A DNA stretch of 41,237 bases, from the NCBI GenBank assembly GCA_051942205.1, contig JAVECO010000010.1, forward strand, positions 186,001 through 227,237, read 5' to 3'. Below are positions 35,507 to 41,237 of this stretch, piece after piece. The DNA is from Coniocarpon cinnabarinum (Eukaryota). The notes under the pieces were generated by a model. That model was not told the DNA's origin and did not search any database. It saw nothing but the letters and a program-made list of their open reading frames with translations. How positions within the stretch are numbered: position 1 is the stretch's first letter; each line of letters opens with the position of its first letter. The translations under genes were made by a program, and so were the position numbers.

Positions 35507-37511
35507 GGTAGGGCGTTGGCTTGACCTGCCATAGGCTCTGAACCGTGTGATGACGATGTGATCATTGTGTCCACGACGCTCATCTGATGTAAAGGACGGT
35601 GTGAGTTTGTTATGCGCATCATCTCAATTAGCTTGCTTTTCTGGCGCTCCATGATTCGCATCAATCATGTTAATGCCCCGTTTGAGGCTCTGACGGAGAA
35701 CTCCAGCGTAGCCGGACTTGAGTAGGCTATATATCGGCGGTGAGCTGCCTTGTGAAGACACCACTTCCCAGCATGAGAGGCAATTTGTTCCCAAATGAAA
35801 CCCACTCTTGGCCTTACCTTGAAAGTCTTGTAGGTGTGCGCAGTAACTAAGTTGATGCCATTCTCAGGTACTGATCATTTCTCGTCGACTGAGTGTTCGT
35901 CACTGGCATAGCGTCGAAAAGCCAGCGCCATTGCCTCTAGCAATATACTATATCTTGCCGCCACTTGAGTTTGTGGTCCGCAATACCAGGACATGAACTT
36001 CGATCGGTGCTCGGATATCGTGCGGCTCTGCCGCGAGACATGAAGGCGTGGTCTTTTCCAACTGTCCACGATCGACAGTCCGATTGCAAGGTACTGGACA
36101 TGCTTGACTGGTCTTGCGCGGTCTCTGTCATGCAACCTCGTTCGCTATATACATATAGACATGGAGCAAATTCTCCAGCAGGCTGGCTAGATGCCTTGTT
36201 AACTTCCCTGTCTGCAGTAGACCGCTGCCGTGTAATGTGAGAGCTCGAGAGACTTTTCGTACGGTAGTCGTCAAAATACGACCACTCTCTACGAGCCCGA
36301 ACTTGCTCGGCGTGTGTTTATCGATCTGCTTCTGCGTCTTCAGCCAGGCGCAATATATGGTGTAGATCTTTAGGAGCCGAATGTGACGACTTGAGCAAGG
36401 TTTGACAGACCAGATTAGTTGGTGTATCTATTGAAGCCGGAAAGTTGGACCGTGAGGATACCGAGCAGCGCAACGAGGAGAATAGAAGCAAGACCCATTA
36501 TGTGAGCCTTGACGAAACTGCAAGATGTCGCGAGACCATTGTTGATCCGCGCGATGTCGTCCGTGGGAAACAACGGCGTCACGTAAGCCAGCAAGATGGC
36601 TTTTATTACGTCGTTCGTGTTCGAGTTCTCCATCAGTCGCGAGGAGTGGTGACTAAGCGATGTAGGCTACTGATTGCTGAGATAGTGGTAGACGAACAGT
36701 AAGGTTTCTTAAGCGGCACGCAACCTTAAAGGCGTTGGTGTTGAATCCCTTTGGGTACGAGATGGATGGACATCGTGAGAGCATGGAGAACTGAGTACTT
36801 TTAACCATTAGAGCCAGGTGTCTCGTAGTAAGACGGCTTCGTATCGAGCTCGCTCTGGCCGCATTCAGACAGTCGGGCATCACCAATCTGGACGTCAGGT
36901 GTGAGTAGGATGCAAACGGATTACACCTAACTTGTAACAAGCTAGAAAGCACCCCCGGAGCTGGCGAGTCCCAGATAGCCGCTCTGAGGAAGCCATAGTT
37001 GCTTCAGGATCAAGACCGCAACTGAGAGAAGGCTTTGATTGAACTCGCCCCTTCTTGTAGCCCGTGGCCTTTGTGTAGCGCTGATCGACCTCGTGTTGGT
37101 TCGTTTGCATCTTAGCCGGGCGTGCTATGACGCGACCGATCCAAAATGTCGACTACTAGATAGTATTCACAACTGGAAAATCTAGACTCGGCAGACTCAC
37201 GCGAGCGTTGCAACAGGCAAAGCTGCTAAAGTCTTGCTCGACTACGAAGTACGTAGTCTGCGGCGCTCGCGAAAGCTTGCACACTTACCTCTAGATTATG
37301 TTAGCGCAGCCACAGCCGTTACATATTAAGCTTATAGGTCGTCACGCATCCCTAGGTACGAACGTCGCAATGCGGAGAGAGCTGCGAGGCGGGGAAGCAC
37401 ACACAAAGTAACTCAAGGTAGCTCGGCCTGTAGATCTTCAACTCCAGTCGGAATCAGCATCACTGCATTCATGTCTTCATCAGCTCACAAGGCGAAGTCG
37501 CGCACAGGACG

Positions 37512-39158
37512 ATGCAGACCATAATTCCTCCACCAATCTCGGCCGCTGCATTCGTTGCAGGCATAGCGACTCACCAGCTCTACTTCAAACGCAATGAGCA
37601 CCACCTCAACGGAGTCCAGTACTTTCAGCTTCTCCTGTTGGCTTTGATCGCGGCTCCCTTGCATGTCGCTCGAGCAAAGGACGGTGGTGTAAAAGTTCAC
37701 TACTTTCCCAGTGCTTCGAGGTGGGAACCCATTGGCATTTTCCTTCTGGGCGTCTACACGTCGCTATTGACCTACCGGCTGCTCTTCCACCCACTGAACA
37801 AGTTCCCTGGACCTGCCAGTGCGCGAGTGTCAGACCTATGGTACTCGGTCAAATGCAGAAACAAGGATGCTCAGCATCAACTTGTAAGGCAGCACAAGCA
37901 ATACGGCGAGTTCTTGCGCATCGGCTCCTCGAGTCTTTCCATCACGCATCCAAATGCCGTGCAAGCTATTTATGGCTTCGGCTCAAAGTGCACGAAAGCT
38001 TACTGGTATGACAACGAACATCCGTATACGTCGATGCACAAAACACGGTCACGCGTCGAACACGATAAGCGTCGGCGGGTCTGGTCGCCTGCGTTCTCGG
38101 ACAAGGCCCTGCGTGGCTATGAAGAGCGCATGCGTCCATACGGCGATCGGCTCATTGAACAATTGCGCGCGTTGCGGGGCACACCGGTTGATGTTTCCGA
38201 GTGGTTCCATTTCCTCACCTACGATATGATGGGGGATCTGGCGTTCAGCAAATCTTTCGGCATGCTCCAGGATGGCAAGGAACATGAGGCCATCAAGCTG
38301 CTGAGCCAAGGGCTGGATCCACTTGGTTTCATGTTTCCCGAATGGTTATTTTGCATGATGATCCGCATCCCTGGCGCAGCTCGCGAGTTTTGGAAGTTTA
38401 TACGGTACAGTGCTGATGCCATTGAGAAGCGCATGACTCAGGATCCGCACGTACCGGATATAATGACAGCTTTGCTAGCGCCATACCAGAAGACTGGGTC
38501 AGCGACTGACGAAGCCGAAAGGCGCTTGTTGCACGCCGACTCGCGACTGGTCATTGTTGCTGGGAGTGACACGACAGCCGCCACTCTAACGCACTTGTTT
38601 TGTTACTTGTGTCAACATCCCAAATATGTCCCTATACTCCGGGACGAGTTGGCATCCTATATTGATCAGAATGGTGACGCAAAGAACGTGGATATCGCCT
38701 CTTGCGAGCTCCTCAACGGCTGTATCAACGAGGCCCTGCGCCTCAGTCCGCCCGTACCCACCATGTTACAACGCTTGACGCCCCCCGAAGGAATTGATAT
38801 TGGCGGCCACCATATCGCTGGCGGTTGCAAGGTGTGGAGCCCACAGTATGTTATCAGCCGAAGCGAGCGCATCTATAAAGACGCAGAGAGCTTCCTGTCG
38901 GAGCGCTGGTCCAGCAAGCCAGAGATGGTGCTCGACGGCAGCGCGTCATTTGCTCCATTTAGTACGGGCGTGTATGGCTGTATTGGCAAGCCGCTTGCAC
39001 TTATGGAGATTCGGACGATCGTGGCGAAGATACTGACACGCTTCGATGTCGACTTCGCTCCAGGCGAGGACGGGCACAGGTTACTGTTTGAGACGCGCGA
39101 TCATTTTACGCTGGGACTCGCACCATTGAAATTAGTTTTCAGGGAGAGGGTTCGATGA
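37512..39158 (+). CDS. Cytochrome P450 monooxygenase, intronless, 548 aa
   Basis: HPLNKFPGP, WSPAFS, I-helix AGSDTT, EALR (ExxR), SERW and heme motif PFSTGVYGCIG. Confidence 0.96.
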   Translation: MQTIIPPPISAAAFVAGIATHQLYFKRNEHHLNGVQYFQLLLLALIAAPLHVARAKDGGVKVHYFPSASRWEPIGIFLLGVYTSLLTYRLLFHPLNKFPGPASARVSDLWYSVKCRNKDAQHQLVRQHKQYGEFLRIGSSSLSITHPNAVQAIYGFGSKCTKAYWYDNEHPYTSMHKTRSRVEHDKRRRVWSPAFSDKALRGYEERMRPYGDRLIEQLRALRGTPVDVSEWFHFLTYDMMGDLAFSKSFGMLQDGKEHEAIKLLSQGLDPLGFMFPEWLFCMMIRIPGAAREFWKFIRYSADAIEKRMTQDPHVPDIMTALLAPYQKTGSATDEAERRLLHADSRLVIVAGSDTTAATLTHLFCYLCQHPKYVPILRDELASYIDQNGDAKNVDIASCELLNGCINEALRLSPPVPTMLQRLTPPEGIDIGGHHIAGGCKVWSPQYVISRSERIYKDAESFLSERWSSKPEMVLDGSASFAPFSTGVYGCIGKPLALMEIRTIVAKILTRFDVDFAPGEDGHRLLFETRDHFTLGLAPLKLVFRERVR

Positions 39159-39299
39159 CGACGGGGATGGTTTCCAAAGAGCAAGAGACTAGGAACGCAG
39201 GCTACAATTCTGCTGCTAAACAATGTGCAGGTGAGCACCTGTGGCTTGTAGTGAAGTGCTGTTCGGAAGGCGGCTTATGGGAGCCCATAGCTGGGAGTG

Positions 39300-41237
39300 G
39301 GTAGAATTAAGTCCGAACTCCGTTAAGCTATAGTCTACAGAAATTTAATAAAAAGCAGCTTACTACTATCTAACTAGTAGTCTTACTTTTATAATCTTAC
39401 TAGCGCTATTATTAAAGCTATTTATAATATTAATAAAGTAGATAAATTATACTTATATAACTAGTAAAAGTAGTAAAAGTAGTAAGTAGGCGCTAAAATA
39501 AATAATATCTTTTTTTTTATAATATAAGTATAAGTAATATAAGTAATTTTTTTATTTATTTATTATATTATCTACTTATAATTCTTACTACTATATAGTA
39601 GTCTAGTAAAGTACTCTACTATAAAAAAAGGTAGTATAAAGAGTTAAGTAGGTAGCTAAGAAGGCTTTTTTATTATATTCTTATATAAAAATAATTTATT
39701 ATTATTATTATTACTACTTTATAGTAGCTCTATAGTTTTTCTATACTTTAGTAGTAGTTAATTGTTTTCTAGTAAATTAAGTAAATACTTAGAGGCTATC
39801 TATACTTATAGTAGTATTATTTTTTTATATATTTCTACTAGTTATAAATACGTATAACTATAAAAATTATCTAATTACTTCTTTTTACTAGCTTTTTACT
39901 TAATTTAAACTTACTTTTTTTTTTTAATTTTTAATTTTATAGCTTTCTATTAGTATAGTACTACTATATTAGTAGATTGTTAGTATAGGTATTAGTAGGG
40001 TATAGGTAGAGGAATTAGCTACTAATAGTAGTATTAATAGCATATTTTTTTACTAAACTAAAGCTTAGTATTACTAATCTCTAGTATATTAGTTTAATAA
40101 TACTAAGCCTTAGTTTAGTATTAGTATAGATATAATAATATAATTACTAAACCTATACTAAACTTATATACTAAAACAAGATATAGTATAATAATAATTA
40201 TAATAATTATTTATTTTTAGATAATATATAGTAAGACCTAAAATATTATATAAGTACGCTTAATAATTAGCTAAGAAGTTATTATATATAAAATATTAAT
40301 TATATATTCCTAAATTTTTTAAGATATTCTAGCTATAAAAGATAGTCTAAGTAGCTATTATCTTCTAGAATATCTTTATTAGTTAAAGTATATTATTTTA
40401 GTATTAATTATAGGTTTAAATTCTATATTCTTTTTTATAAATTTAAATTTAGCTATTACTTAAAAATCTTTAATAGAATATACTATTACTATAATAATAA
40501 TTATAATATTTATAATAGTTATAAAACGCTAGATAAGATAGAGATGTAATAGTAAATTAAACTAAAATACTATATTAACTCTACTTTATATATTCTTAGA
40601 GTCTTTCTAAGAATATATTCTTTTTTTTACTTTTTTTTAAGTCTTATAGCCTTCTTACTTTATCTCTTTATTTTATAATATATAACCTTATTCTCTTAAA
40701 TCTTTTTAAAAGATACTTTTACTTACTACTATTATAAAGAATATTACCTTTTTTTTTTATTACTAATATAGATAAATTTTTTATTCTTTATATTTTTAGT
40801 AGTTTCTATATTTTATTCTTTAAGCTTATTTTAAGCTTATTAAAAGTTTTAAGTTAACTCTATATTATAATAAAAAGTATTATACTACTATTATAGCTAA
40901 AAGGCCTTAAAACTTTAATTAAGTATTATATCTTAAACTATTCTAGCTTTAAATCTTTAGTTAAACTTTTAGTAAGCGTAAACTTATAAAAAAGTAGTCT
41001 TATAGTTAATACTTACTATAAAAATATAAAGTATCTTTTTTACTATAAAAGTAACTTTTAGAAATATATTACTAATCTTTAACTATTATATAAAAAAAAA
41101 ATTCTTTAGATTAATATAGAGAGAATTTATAAATTTATTAGCTTTCTAAGCTTATTAGAATATTATAATTATTATTATTATTCTTACTTATATAAAGATA
41201 CTTAGATAGCTTATCTTTTTATAAGCTACTTTAATAT
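39300..41237. mobile_element. AT-rich, RIP-degraded repeat / transposon relic, running off the window
   Basis: Abrupt GC collapse after ~39.3 kb. TpA (TAG/CTA/TAA) is very frequent, CpA/TpG is nearly absent, and the ORF track lists no ORF here. The element family cannot be identified. Confidence 0.8.
40051..40120. repeat. 23-bp inverted repeat with one mismatch and a 24-bp spacer, inside the RIP block
   Basis: TACTAAACTAAAGCTTAGTATTA (40051-40073) versus TAATACTAAGCCTTAGTTTAGTA (40098-40120). Confidence 0.75.

Noticed and set aside
35600..37450. Short ORFs and mild TA-richness between the GNAT and the P450
   Set aside because: No domain is recognisable and the TpA bias is too weak to call RIP by eye.
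39300..41237. CRISPR-like array, centromere or organellar insertion
   Set aside because: There is no regular repeat-spacer structure. The CpA/TpG depletion fits RIP rather than mitochondrial DNA, and 2 kb is not enough to infer a centromere.

Overview
Eukaryotic sequence from a filamentous ascomycete (GT-AG introns with CTRAC/CTAAC branch sites). About 39 kb is gene-dense and GC-balanced; the last ~1.9 kb is very AT-rich and TpA-loaded, as expected of RIP-mutated repeat DNA. Recognisable genes are a secreted FAD-linked (BBE-type) oxidase (partial), an SDR, a cystathionine gamma-lyase/synthase-like PLP enzyme, SSU72, an NBP2-like SH3 adaptor, a proline iminopeptidase-like hydrolase, an MFS sugar porter, a RecQ/Sgs1 helicase, PKR1, SmD1, an MTQ2-like methyltransferase, a GNAT and an intronless P450. 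The most unusual part is the accessory island at ~17.2-23.2 kb. It holds three tandem, highly diverged, apparently intronless paralogues that share a split F-box-like motif and an H..C[DP]G..Y...RxCxxC putative zinc site. Upstream of them are a 90-aa ORF joining a HET-s-like amyloid-motif candidate to a C4 zinc ribbon and a small ORF with an Atg8-interacting-like motif. Other observations are a probable 3-nt micro-exon, a Kex2/Ste13-type secreted peptide precursor, an AAG splice acceptor in SmD1 and duplicated MCB sites in the RecQ/PKR1 promoter. All assignments come from reading motifs by eye; no database searches were run.
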